Under the pieces are notes generated by a model. The model searched no databases and had not been told where the DNA came from. It saw only the letters and a list, made by a program, of their open reading frames with translations. This document shows positions 16,481-25,323 of a DNA stretch of 39,546 bases, piece by piece; within the stretch, counting starts at the first letter, position 1, and each line of letters begins with the position of its first letter. The DNA is from a virus (Duplodnaviria; Caudoviricetes), in IMG/VR virus record IMGVR_UViG_3300032212_000059, positions 1 through 39,546 of that record; one strand, 5' to 3'. The position numbers and the translations under genes were made by a program.

Positions 16481-16704
16481 AAATTTTACTAACCATCATG
16501 TTCATTTTATCGCTTGCAGCATGCCAGACCTGTAACCCTAACGACACCGAAAGGCTGGTTACCAATTGCATGGAAGCAAATATGGACGCACTCATTAAGG
16601 TCTTTAACAAACAACCACGCGAAGTCGAATGCAGAGCAGCCGAATTTGATCAGTTTCCCGAAAAAGATTTTACGGGCCTGTCGATTAATAGAGAGCAAAG
16701 GTAG
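16477..16704 (+). CDS. Small lipoprotein
   Basis: Start reassigned to MKILLTIMFILSLAAC (lipobox LAAC), AAGGA SD. Confidence 0.7.
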   Translation: MKILLTIMFILSLAACQTCNPNDTERLVTNCMEANMDALIKVFNKQPREVECRAAEFDQFPEKDFTGLSINREQR

Positions 16705-16940
16705 TGAGTGAAGACACTAAATGCCCGAAGCACGACACTGGTGACGGCCCCTGCTACTGCAACAAAGAGTCAATGACTGAAGATAAGTTATTGCCGTGCC
16801 CCGACTGCGGCGCTTCTGGTAGTGAAAGCGGACTTGAGTATGCAGGCATTGAAGGTATAGGGCTGGTTTCTGCTCAATGCCCTTTTTGCGGTCATGATTT
16901 TTGGGCTGATGATAACCAAAGCAGCAAGGTAACGATATGA
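16704..16940 (+). CDS. Zn-ribbon protein, Lar (restriction alleviation)-like
   Basis: KLLPCPDCG...CPFCG. Confidence 0.55.
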   Translation: MSEDTKCPKHDTGDGPCYCNKESMTEDKLLPCPDCGASGSESGLEYAGIEGIGLVSAQCPFCGHDFWADDNQSSKVTI

Positions 16941-17143
16941 AAGAACGCCTTAAAAATATATCAGCCTTCCAGACCGAGCACTTCGAAGAAGGCTCAAAGC
17001 CCACCACCAAAACCATACGTACATGGATAGACGACGGTGAACTACCTGGTCGCAAAATAGGTGGCAAATATTATGTTGATATGGCTAAATATGAAGCCAC
17101 ATCTGGCAACCCACTACTGGATAAGATAAACCAAGCCGCATGA
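16937..17143 (+). CDS. xis: Excisionase / recombination directionality factor
   Basis: PTTKTIRTWIDDGELPGRKIGGKYYVD winged helix; overlaps int by ATGA. Confidence 0.88.
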   Translation: MKERLKNISAFQTEHFEEGSKPTTKTIRTWIDDGELPGRKIGGKYYVDMAKYEATSGNPLLDKINQAA

Positions 17144-18237
17144 GCCCACGCCAACGCAACAAAAAGAACAAAGGCCTGCCACCTAATCTATACACAGATA
17201 ATGACGGCGCCACGTTCCGCTACAAGCGCCCAGACAACGGCGTATGGGTAGCATTAGGCGGCGACAAAGCAAAGGCCATATCAGCCGCCAAACAAGCCAA
17301 CAGCCAACTAATGAGCGGCGCTAATCTGGTAGCAAAAATACTAGACCAAGCCGGCACGCTCGCAGCGTTTATTGACACCTACACCACCGACATCATCCCC
17401 ACCAAAGAGCTGGCCAAAGCCACACTCGACAACTACACCATCAGCCTGAACTCAATTAAAGACTCAGACCTGGGCAAAAAAGCCATCGATGATATCAACC
17501 TATACGACATCACAGAATACCTAAACGACTTCACCCCACGATCCAGCAACCAGCGCCGTGAACGCTTAATCGACCTGTTCAAATACGCCATCGACCGGGG
17601 CCAGTGCACCCGCACCGACAACCCAGCCGAACTAAAAATAAAACAGGTGTACAAAAAGACCCGCAAACGCCACACCGAACAAGGCCTTGCCACCATCTAC
17701 AACCACAAAGAAACACCACAATGGCTACGCAACGCCATCGATCTGGCACTCATCACCCTGCAGCGACGAGAAGACCTGGTTAAAATAAAAATGCCCGCCC
17801 TCGATGCCGAAGTGATCGAAGTGATTCAAAAGAAAACAAAAAAATACGACACCGGCTACCTGCGTATAAGCATAGGACCAGAGCTACGCAATGTAATTTC
17901 ACGCTGCAGATTAAGCGGAACATTCTCGACCCTGCTACTCCACAAAAAAAGCAAAATCACAGAAGCCCGTCGAAAGAAATATGACGACTGTACCGAAATA
18001 TCACCAGAGCAAATAACTCGCGAATTCAAGAAATGCGTGGACGCATCTGAAGCCTATAAACACCTGCAACCCAAAGAACGCCCCACCTTCCACGAACTAC
18101 GCGCACTGGGCATCAAACGCTACAAAGACAAAGGCACCGACCCACAAGCACTAGCCGGCCACGCCAGCGAACAAATGACCAAAAACTACGACGCCGACCA
18201 TGATGAGATAAGATGGGTTGAGGTTAGGACGGATTAA
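17140..18237 (+). CDS. int: Tyrosine integrase with N-terminal arm-binding domain
   Basis: LPPNLY...YKRP arm domain; QRREDL (R), QKKT (K), FHELRALG (HxxR), LAGH...MTKNY (H, Y). Confidence 0.96.
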   Translation: MSPRQRNKKNKGLPPNLYTDNDGATFRYKRPDNGVWVALGGDKAKAISAAKQANSQLMSGANLVAKILDQAGTLAAFIDTYTTDIIPTKELAKATLDNYTISLNSIKDSDLGKKAIDDINLYDITEYLNDFTPRSSNQRRERLIDLFKYAIDRGQCTRTDNPAELKIKQVYKKTRKRHTEQGLATIYNHKETPQWLRNAIDLALITLQRREDLVKIKMPALDAEVIEVIQKKTKKYDTGYLRISIGPELRNVISRCRLSGTFSTLLLHKKSKITEARRKKYDDCTEISPEQITREFKKCVDASEAYKHLQPKERPTFHELRALGIKRYKDKGTDPQALAGHASEQMTKNYDADHDEIRWVEVRTD

Positions 18238-18252
18238 TTAAGGTATTAATAC

Positions 18253-18621
18253 ATGACCAAAAAAATTAATATCGAATTAGAGCTTCTATTTGATAAACAT
18301 GAATCCAAAGATGAGTTAATTGACGATATTCAAGAAACAATTCTAAATAACGAAGCCGAGTTTGGAGAACGCATTACTACCATTTGCCTACAAATGGATC
18401 CATTAGCTATATATTCTGACGACAGTTTTCAAATAAATGATCTCCAAATAAACGACTCCGAAGGCAATGTATACGTTCAATACGACTGGACATCATATTA
18501 CGGCTGTAGCAATGCCAATGGAGGCGGTACTGAGGAGGACCATTGGGAGTTTCAATTAGATGACAACAAACTGTCTTTTGAAATTGAGATACCTGAGATC
18601 CGAAGATATGATGAGATTTAA
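18253..18621 (+). CDS. Highly acidic hypothetical protein (cargo between int and attP)
   Basis: 122 aa, about 30 D/E versus 8 K/R by hand count; TAAGG SD. Confidence 0.8.
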   Translation: MTKKINIELELLFDKHESKDELIDDIQETILNNEAEFGERITTICLQMDPLAIYSDDSFQINDLQINDSEGNVYVQYDWTSYYGCSNANGGGTEEDHWEFQLDDNKLSFEIEIPEIRRYDEI

Positions 18622-18652
18622 ATCACTTGTTTAATAATAGGAACAATAAACA

Positions 18653-19072
18653 ATGAAATGGTTACTCCAATACTGGCTATCACCACTGGCCGCCGCATCC
18701 TTAGCGCTAGCAGGTAACTACTACTTAATACACCAACCATCCTTAAGTAAAGACTACACTAAGATAGGTACCGATATACTATTAAATCAAAACGCCCCAA
18801 TGCACCTACAGAAGTACGCCAAGAACCTGTTAATAGAAAATTCACCAGTTGAACTTCCTGATGCAGATAGACTAAAGAGAATTAATGAGCTCTTTAAAAG
18901 CATTCCAATCACCCCTCAATTAGACAGATCCACAACTATAGGTCAAGGCGCAGCAAGATTAATCATAATCACCAATTGGGCAAACAAGGTGCATGCTTTA
19001 TGCCCCGACTGCCTCAACTTCTCAGAAGCCGAACAAGAATATAAAAACTTACTTTTAAAAATACATAATTAA
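18653..19072 (+). CDS. Membrane-anchored hypothetical protein (cargo next to attP)
   Basis: 139 aa, N-terminal hydrophobic helix, AGGA SD. Confidence 0.75.
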   Translation: MKWLLQYWLSPLAAASLALAGNYYLIHQPSLSKDYTKIGTDILLNQNAPMHLQKYAKNLLIENSPVELPDADRLKRINELFKSIPITPQLDRSTTIGQGAARLIIITNWANKVHALCPDCLNFSEAEQEYKNLLLKIHN

Positions 19073-19137
19073 AAGAGCTAGAAAACACACCAACCAACCG
19101 ACGAACGGTCAAAAAGCACGACAACCAACGAATCGTT

Positions 19138-19170
19138 TTGCGTATTTATTGCGTATTTATTGCGTATTAG
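19138..19170 (+). repeat. Three tandem 11-bp repeats TTGCGTATTTA (integrase arm-type sites)
   Basis: Direct repeats about 50 bp from the att core; a further TTGCGTAT lies at 19390-19397 on the other arm. Confidence 0.8.
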
Positions 19171-19222
19171 AAAAATTAGATATTCTTAATGACGTGTAAC
19201 ACTTTGAATTGAAAAGGGAATT

Positions 19223-19268
19223 TGGTCGGAGCGGCGGGATTCGAACCCACGACCACTTGTCCCCCAGA
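19223..19268 (-). other. attP: attP core: 3' half of tRNA-Pro(GGG), anticodon loop to CCA
   Basis: Minus strand TCTGGGGGACAAGTGGTCGTGGGTTCGAATCCCGCCGCTCCGACCA; T-arm and CCA present, 5' half absent. Confidence 0.92.
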
Positions 19269-19287
19269 ATGATGGTGTAACTATACT

Positions 19288-19380
19288 TAAGCTATTGATT
19301 TAACTAAGAATAGCCTGTTTTTAGCTGGTGGTAAAATAGGTAAAAACAGGTAAAATACACCCTTTTAAATCAATAACTTA
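19288..19380. promoter_or_regulatory. attP accessory sites: two IHF consensus matches and three GGTAAAA repeats (Xis-site candidates)
   Basis: WATCAANNNNTTR matches at 19288-19300 (minus) and 19368-19380 (plus); repeats at 19330-19358. Confidence 0.75.
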
Positions 19381-19740
19381 TATTTTGTTTTGCGTATCCA
19401 CACAATGATAACCCTTAGGGTCGAAGGGATCCAGCAGGTGGTGGCAGAACCATTCTGCTTTGCGTAGTCGACGGCCTTTTGATTTGGCTATGTGCCGCTG
19501 TAGCCGGCTGGTAAATAGCCATTCTCGAGGCAGTTCCATGAAGTACAGTGTCCCCAGTGTGACATTGAATATCACGTCTGTTATGACACCGATAAACGCT
19601 ACCGGATAAGCAACGCATTTTGATACGTTTGTTAATTTGTCCTGATTGCGCTTTAGGTTCATTACTGCCAGGTACAACACCCACGTTACTGCGAACAAAT
19701 ACACACCAGCTATTCCAATTACCAGAATCATCGGGTCCAT
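19378..19740 (-). CDS. Membrane protein at the end of the tail module
   Basis: Two to three hydrophobic helices, C-terminal WFC...LDPFDP...HC; GGAG SD. Confidence 0.8.
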   Translation of the reverse strand: MDPMILVIGIAGVYLFAVTWVLYLAVMNLKRNQDKLTNVSKCVAYPVAFIGVITDVIFNVTLGTLYFMELPREWLFTSRLQRHIAKSKGRRLRKAEWFCHHLLDPFDPKGYHCVDTQNKI

Positions 19741-19754
19741 AAGGTCTCTCCTAT

Positions 19755-22376
19755 TTAAATTGAGTCCTGCAAAAATTTGTAATCCATCAACGCAATGGTT
19801 GCTGGGTCACGCTCATAATTAACAAAAGCATTTAATATTTTATTAGCATCGGTCGAACCAGTCGGTATGTTTGTGGTCACCGTTCTAATGGCCCCACCTT
19901 GTTTAAACACAACTTTATCCGCTGTCATCGTTACTTCAATATCACGATTACCACCAGCATCCTGCGAAAAAAAAGTAGTCTCTGTGGAGCCAGAAGCATT
20001 CTTTACAAAACCATACCACTCAACATAATTACCCGGACTACTAACCGACTTCATCGAAATGCCTACAAAGTTGGTGCCATTAGGATCACCCATACCAAAG
20101 TAACTAACGTATGGACTACTACCAGAATCCATATTAATAGCACCGATACGAACCTTAAAGCGCCGTCTTTTATCCCATGAAGCAACGACACCAACAGCAG
20201 ACAAATACCGCGTTAACTTACCATCAGTTGTGGTACCGACATCACCACGCACCCACACCTGACCAGTGGCCGTGGTCTGAATAATATCCCCCGTTTGAAT
20301 AAGTCCTGAGATACTATCAAAAGAGTTTTCATAAAAAATAGAATCCAGTGAATAACGAGACAACCACCCGGTACGCTCGTAAATATTTTCCGGCAGTAAG
20401 GTATCCGGCGGTGGCACGTCTTCAACACTCACATCCCAATCCCAGTCTGTGCTGGTGTACTCTTCCAGATCAAAACTCACCACGGCTTCATTGGTGGTTT
20501 TCTTTTCTACAATTCTAAATAACTTACCCGCCCAACCCTGTGATGTGCGATTAATACCGATAACTTCACCCGGCTTTCTGTCAACGGCACTGGCATTGGC
20601 GGCGGTAAAATTCATTAAGTAAGCTGAGCGCGATTTTTTAAGCACGGTACCGGCACGGTTTAAACCACGGTAACGATTATTTTCAAAGGCGTTCGATACC
20701 ACTTTATAATTCTGCTGGCCGTTATCAAGTGCAAGGTAGGCTGCGGAATGTTGAACCATGATGTTTTTCAGGTAGTCGAATTCAGGGTCGATCAGCTCAT
20801 AATAAATAGCGTTGTATTTATCACCGGATGACTTCTCACTGATCTTAACCACACCGGTCATATCCGCTTCGCTAAACGTAGCCACCGCCGTTTCGCCCGT
20901 TTGCTCAACCACAAACTCATACTGGCCGCGCACCCACGGCATGTGTCCACGCAGGCAAAATAAAATTTTCTGAAGGTTGGCTTTAACGGTGTTGTCGGTA
21001 CTTAACACCCCGTTAAATTCCAGCAGGTTTATGTTAACCGGTGTGGTTGATTTGGGACCGGTGCCGGAGCCGTCATGATCGGCCACTTGTGTTTCTGCCA
21101 GGTCAGCAGCTGCACTGACTGTATCGTCTGCAATTAAGCTGGCATCTAAACCACGGCCAAATAATGTGTCGGTGATATAGTCCCGGGCAATTAATGCCGG
21201 GTTAGCACTCCATTGTGTTAACGCCACGCGCGGGTCGTAACACTTGCGCCCCTTCACCACAAACAACGGATTAGGCTCACCACTAAACGCATCGCCTTTA
21301 GTAAACTTAAGCACCGCAGTGGCACACCCTTTTAACTGATCAGTGACCAGCCATTCGGTAGAGAACTTGGCAATAAGCGATGCACTGGCGGCCTGAGTAG
21401 CTGTACCCAGCGTGGAGTCCAGCAGTGTAACGTTTGATGAATATTTATCAGACGTGTAAGACTCACCTTTATCAAACTGAATATCGACAATCGAGTCGAT
21501 CTCACCCTCGCACAATAAAAAGCCCACATACAGCACGCTCTCATCATCCGGGTCGACGCTTCTAAAAAACTTAATCGGCTTTAAACGTGCTGTGCCATAA
21601 GCCACTTGCAACCGACGGTGCGCACTCGGCATTTTTACCAGGTTCGTTTTAAAGTCGCTGATCTTATCAACCCTTATACCTTTAGGGCCTCCACCACCGC
21701 CACCGCCGCCACCAAACAAACCACCAATATTACTAACAAATGAGCTAACAGCATCGGCAGCTGAGTCAACCAATGTGGAGCCGGCATCCAGCAGGCCATC
21801 CAGCATTGCCCAACCGGTTGCACCTTCAGCGTCATCACTGTTCCAGTTAGACAAAGCCGCATCAATTTTACCCACGTATTTAAAGCCGGTATCACCCGGG
21901 AACAGTCGTTGCTGTTCTGCATCACTCAGCACTCGGCCACGCGTACTATCAAACAAGGTTTGGTGTGACTTCACCGTCCACTTAATGGTGGATACACCGC
22001 CCTGCACGTTTTCTTCTGTTACCCACGTGTCTACCTGCCCCTGCCAAAACAACACCGCCTGCCCTGTTGCCGCCACGTAAAAATATATGTTTACATCACG
22101 GTGCAAAAATTGCTCGGTTAACGGCAGTACCTGGTTAGATAATGCCGCGCCGGCCATGGTGATGGTTAAGTTAGTGGAACGAATTGCCAGTGACTCAGAA
22201 AACGATTTTGGCAGCTCGGACACAATCGCATCCGACAACCACGTGTTGCCATCATGCTCGATGTCATACGGGGCAAACGAGCAGCGGATAGGCGTTGCAA
22301 AGTCGAACTCCACTAAAAAATAAAACTCTGTTTCGCCCGCATCCAACGCCGCGATAGACTCAGCCGTAAAACTCAT
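19755..22376 (-). CDS. Tail tip protein: hub-like N-terminus fused to a gpJ/Tal-like central tip and a C-terminal beta-sandwich
   Basis: 873 aa; QQRLFPGDTGFKYV (hub end), VAYG, LCEGEI, VKGRKCYDPR...WSANPALIARDY motifs. Confidence 0.85.
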   Translation of the reverse strand: MSFTAESIAALDAGETEFYFLVEFDFATPIRCSFAPYDIEHDGNTWLSDAIVSELPKSFSESLAIRSTNLTITMAGAALSNQVLPLTEQFLHRDVNIYFYVAATGQAVLFWQGQVDTWVTEENVQGGVSTIKWTVKSHQTLFDSTRGRVLSDAEQQRLFPGDTGFKYVGKIDAALSNWNSDDAEGATGWAMLDGLLDAGSTLVDSAADAVSSFVSNIGGLFGGGGGGGGGPKGIRVDKISDFKTNLVKMPSAHRRLQVAYGTARLKPIKFFRSVDPDDESVLYVGFLLCEGEIDSIVDIQFDKGESYTSDKYSSNVTLLDSTLGTATQAASASLIAKFSTEWLVTDQLKGCATAVLKFTKGDAFSGEPNPLFVVKGRKCYDPRVALTQWSANPALIARDYITDTLFGRGLDASLIADDTVSAAADLAETQVADHDGSGTGPKSTTPVNINLLEFNGVLSTDNTVKANLQKILFCLRGHMPWVRGQYEFVVEQTGETAVATFSEADMTGVVKISEKSSGDKYNAIYYELIDPEFDYLKNIMVQHSAAYLALDNGQQNYKVVSNAFENNRYRGLNRAGTVLKKSRSAYLMNFTAANASAVDRKPGEVIGINRTSQGWAGKLFRIVEKKTTNEAVVSFDLEEYTSTDWDWDVSVEDVPPPDTLLPENIYERTGWLSRYSLDSIFYENSFDSISGLIQTGDIIQTTATGQVWVRGDVGTTTDGKLTRYLSAVGVVASWDKRRRFKVRIGAINMDSGSSPYVSYFGMGDPNGTNFVGISMKSVSSPGNYVEWYGFVKNASGSTETTFFSQDAGGNRDIEVTMTADKVVFKQGGAIRTVTTNIPTGSTDANKILNAFVNYERDPATIALMDYKFLQDSI

Positions 22377-22981
22377 TAAGCCGCCTCCATTAATGTTGCC
22401 GCGGTTTTGTATTGTGAGGCAGGGCTACCCACCTGGTAACTGTGGTGTTTTACACACACCACCTGAAAAGGCACATTGCTCACTGTTAATAACTCACCAT
22501 CTACCACCGCTTCAACCAACGGCGGTTCAAACACCAGCGACGAATTGCCGCTCGCGTCTGAGTTAATATCTTGCACACACATATACACCTTTGCATGGCT
22601 GGCAAATTTAAAAAAATCACCGGCTTTAAAAATACCCGTTACACTCAGCGACCAGTTTTTAAGGTTAATGCTGTCGGTATCCACAGCATAACCACCCGCG
22701 TTATCAACAGCCGGTGTGCCGGTTGCCACGCCTTGCGGTATGGCACGGTCTGGCAGCGTAATTAAAAACTGTTTACTCACGCCCACGTAACTTAAAAAAC
22801 CACTGATCACCCCAAACTGCGAACGGAACAACTGCGGGTGACTAATGTCAAAACGCCACATATGCCCGCCCGCAAAACGCGACTGGCTTTTACCATTAAC
22901 AGACTGATTAAATAAAGTGGGTTGTTTGCTTTTGAGTGAGGCGCGGTCGAATTGTTGTGACGGGTAAACGAGCGTTACCAT
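22376..22981 (-). CDS. Distal tail protein (Dit, T5 pb9-like), copy 2
   Basis: SVNGKSQSR...W.F, AGDFFKFASHAKVY, EPPL motifs. Confidence 0.75.
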   Translation of the reverse strand: MVTLVYPSQQFDRASLKSKQPTLFNQSVNGKSQSRFAGGHMWRFDISHPQLFRSQFGVISGFLSYVGVSKQFLITLPDRAIPQGVATGTPAVDNAGGYAVDTDSINLKNWSLSVTGIFKAGDFFKFASHAKVYMCVQDINSDASGNSSLVFEPPLVEAVVDGELLTVSNVPFQVVCVKHHSYQVGSPASQYKTAATLMEAA

Positions 22982-23514
22982 GTTATTTGATCAACCGGTG
23001 TTTTATCAGTCTTAGCTGTTTTAGCCGTGGCACGGATATTTTTTACACCATCCCAAACCGCTTTCATGCCGGCGTATTCATTTTGTTCATTGGTTGTTAA
23101 TGCCCGGTCATCTTTAATGTCACGCAGCTCAAGCATGCGGGCCAGCATGTTAATTTCTTTTATAATAAAGTTACTCGGCTCACCACTGGGCAGCGATGCA
23201 ATAATGCGAGACTGTGCCTCACCATTAACGGCAGCCGCATGCGTCGCATCATCCCGCGCTTGGTTTTTAGCAGCTGCATCTGGGTCACCTTCAACCCAGT
23301 AACCCACACGCGGATCATTGCCTGCATCTGTTTGCACAAACTTATGCAGGTAGGCTCCACTAATAGGTTTGGCTGTAGCATCACCCTCAGGCTGGCCGCA
23401 GGTTTCTGCACTGGTGATAAAATGGAGACCATCATCAGGCTGGGTTTCGCCATCCCACCCGAGTACATCAATCACGAATTCACCGGTTGTTATTAAACAT
23501 TTGAATGCTTGCAT
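22975..23514 (-). CDS. Tail fibre assembly/chaperone-like protein
   Basis: Directly downstream of the fibre; helical C-terminus ending in W (VDQITW), typical of fibre chaperones. Confidence 0.55.
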   Translation of the reverse strand: MQAFKCLITTGEFVIDVLGWDGETQPDDGLHFITSAETCGQPEGDATAKPISGAYLHKFVQTDAGNDPRVGYWVEGDPDAAAKNQARDDATHAAAVNGEAQSRIIASLPSGEPSNFIIKEINMLARMLELRDIKDDRALTTNEQNEYAGMKAVWDGVKNIRATAKTAKTDKTPVDQITW

Positions 23515-23516
23515 TA

Positions 23517-24443
23517 TTAAGACACCGCCTTATAACTGGTTTCAATTCTCATCGTGGTTGCCGCTGCATCAATATTTCTCGTTGCAATTTGCCCATTGGA
23601 TAAAAATGAAACCAAACCACCACTCATCCAAACCGAACCCACCACAACAGGTGCATCAATTATTTTATCTCGCTCAATAATATATCCCGCTGGCATCGTG
23701 CCTATTACCGTGCCGTAAGTTGTTGTGCCGACCGTTAAATTATCACCGTTTATATGAACGGTACCATCAGCTTCTCTCATATAATAAAGAGTACCAACCC
23801 ACCCTGAACCGACGGTTAACGCATTCCAATCCTCATTACCATCAGGCACACCATCAGCGTATTTGCCTGCTGTGGTGTCTAGCTTTAACGTCCCAGCTGG
23901 TACAGAAGTCACATAGCTAATTTTATTAGGTGGGATAACGGTCGCTATTGCACTTGAACCCGTCGATAATATTTCACCGGCTATCGCGTTATAACCAGTA
24001 CCACTGAAGTAAGCATAAATATTAATATCTGTTCCGTCGTCATAGATAACCACCCCCACATCAGACAAATGATTGCCACCACCAGAAATACTTTCTACTC
24101 TATATTCCCCAGTACCCAGACCGCTAATATGTATCAACATCTGTGACTTTGCACCAGACGTATTGCTCGTCAACGACACCTTAATGTAAGTATGATCAGA
24201 ATTAGACACCGCCGTGATAACTGCGATCTGGTACCATTTTGCAACTGTCGAATTGCTATCAAATAACTTAGATAACGCCTTAACCGCATTACCATGCGCC
24301 ACCATGCCACCCGTGACATGTTTGGCTGGCACACGTTTATTTTTATCGGCAACCGTTGCTTCGTCAGCATCCATTACCTCAATAAAATCTGCATCACCAT
24401 CAACAGCTTCAAGCAAAGGTAGTTCTGTAATTTTTCCAGCCAT
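23517..24443 (-). CDS. Side tail fibre / receptor-binding protein
   Basis: N-terminal KITELP anchor motif; C-terminal WNALTVGSGW...DGTVHING...IGTMPAGY head domain. Confidence 0.8.
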   Translation of the reverse strand: MAGKITELPLLEAVDGDADFIEVMDADEATVADKNKRVPAKHVTGGMVAHGNAVKALSKLFDSNSTVAKWYQIAVITAVSNSDHTYIKVSLTSNTSGAKSQMLIHISGLGTGEYRVESISGGGNHLSDVGVVIYDDGTDINIYAYFSGTGYNAIAGEILSTGSSAIATVIPPNKISYVTSVPAGTLKLDTTAGKYADGVPDGNEDWNALTVGSGWVGTLYYMREADGTVHINGDNLTVGTTTYGTVIGTMPAGYIIERDKIIDAPVVVGSVWMSGGLVSFLSNGQIATRNIDAAATTMRIETSYKAVS

Positions 24444-25120
24444 TAGCTTATGTACTCAATCATTTCGACTTGTCGGCTGTAAAAACGCGGGGCGCTTATA
24501 TCAACTGACATGGAGTCTGTTTTAAATTTCATGGTGTAGGCCACGTTGTTGTAATTAACCGACACGCCTTTGTTCAATGCTTTATATAACGGGGGTGAAA
24601 TAGTGAGCGTTACTGTGTTGGCATCTTCCATTAAACGATCACTACCATCTTCCAGTAGCCTTACCGTGCCATCTTCCAACACCCGTGTATTATTCGCCTG
24701 CGAGTCCGCATCAAACGCCACCGTATGCACTTTGGTATAACCACCAAAGTTAATAATGTCACTGGCCGCAAAGGCTTTAACCACGCTCGGCACCATCGCA
24801 TCCAGCACAATGGTATCCGTGCCGGCTGGGTAGTCGTCATACAATACCGGGGCACCACTCACACCACCCAGCGGCGTTGCTTTATCGGGCATCACCAACG
24901 TAAAACTTTCATCACGCCCACGCTGGCGCATCATAAACGCATCAACCGGCGCGAACTCTTCCCGCGTCATCGGCGGGAAATTAACACTCACCACCGTCAA
25001 CTGCGCACCCAGCACCCGCGTCTGCACCTTACCCAGCCCACTCACCGACTGGTGCACCTTTTGCTGCAGACTCACCATCATCGACTTAAAGCCTGGTACA
25101 ACAGGGAAAGAACCGCTCAT
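24443..25120 (-). CDS. Distal tail protein (Dit, T5 pb9-like), copy 1, with triple LEDG insertion
   Basis: Start reassigned to MSGSFPVV with GAGG SD; collinear with 22376..22981; insert TRVLEDGTVRLLEDGSDRLMED. Confidence 0.8.
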   Translation of the reverse strand: MSGSFPVVPGFKSMMVSLQQKVHQSVSGLGKVQTRVLGAQLTVVSVNFPPMTREEFAPVDAFMMRQRGRDESFTLVMPDKATPLGGVSGAPVLYDDYPAGTDTIVLDAMVPSVVKAFAASDIINFGGYTKVHTVAFDADSQANNTRVLEDGTVRLLEDGSDRLMEDANTVTLTISPPLYKALNKGVSVNYNNVAYTMKFKTDSMSVDISAPRFYSRQVEMIEYIS

Positions 25121-25255
25121 TAATACCTCTAAGAAAAATCCGACATGAATTTCAGCAACAACTGAAAATGAACTTTGATATATTTCTTTACGTCCTCCTC
25201 CCTGAGGACACCATCGAAACCCCAAACCGGCTTGCCGGGGCGGGGTTATTTATTT

Positions 25256-25315
25256 AAAACACCGAACGACCCAAACCAACCGGAGTGTGTGGTGGTTAGC
25301 CCAAGCCATTCGGTG
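25256..25315 (-). terminator. 22-bp G-U-rich hairpin with short U-tract after the antirepressor gene
   Basis: CACCGAATGGCTTGGGCTAACC-12nt-GGTTGGTTTGGGTCGTTCGGTG-TTTT. Confidence 0.6.
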
Positions 25316-25323
25316 GGTACTCT

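Noticed and set aside
19138-19170. Mini-CRISPR or replication iterons
   Set aside because: Contiguous 11-mers without spacers next to the att core fit integrase arm sites better
19223-19268. Functional phage tRNA gene
   Set aside because: Only the 3' half is present, with no D-arm or 5' acceptor strand; it is the attP core
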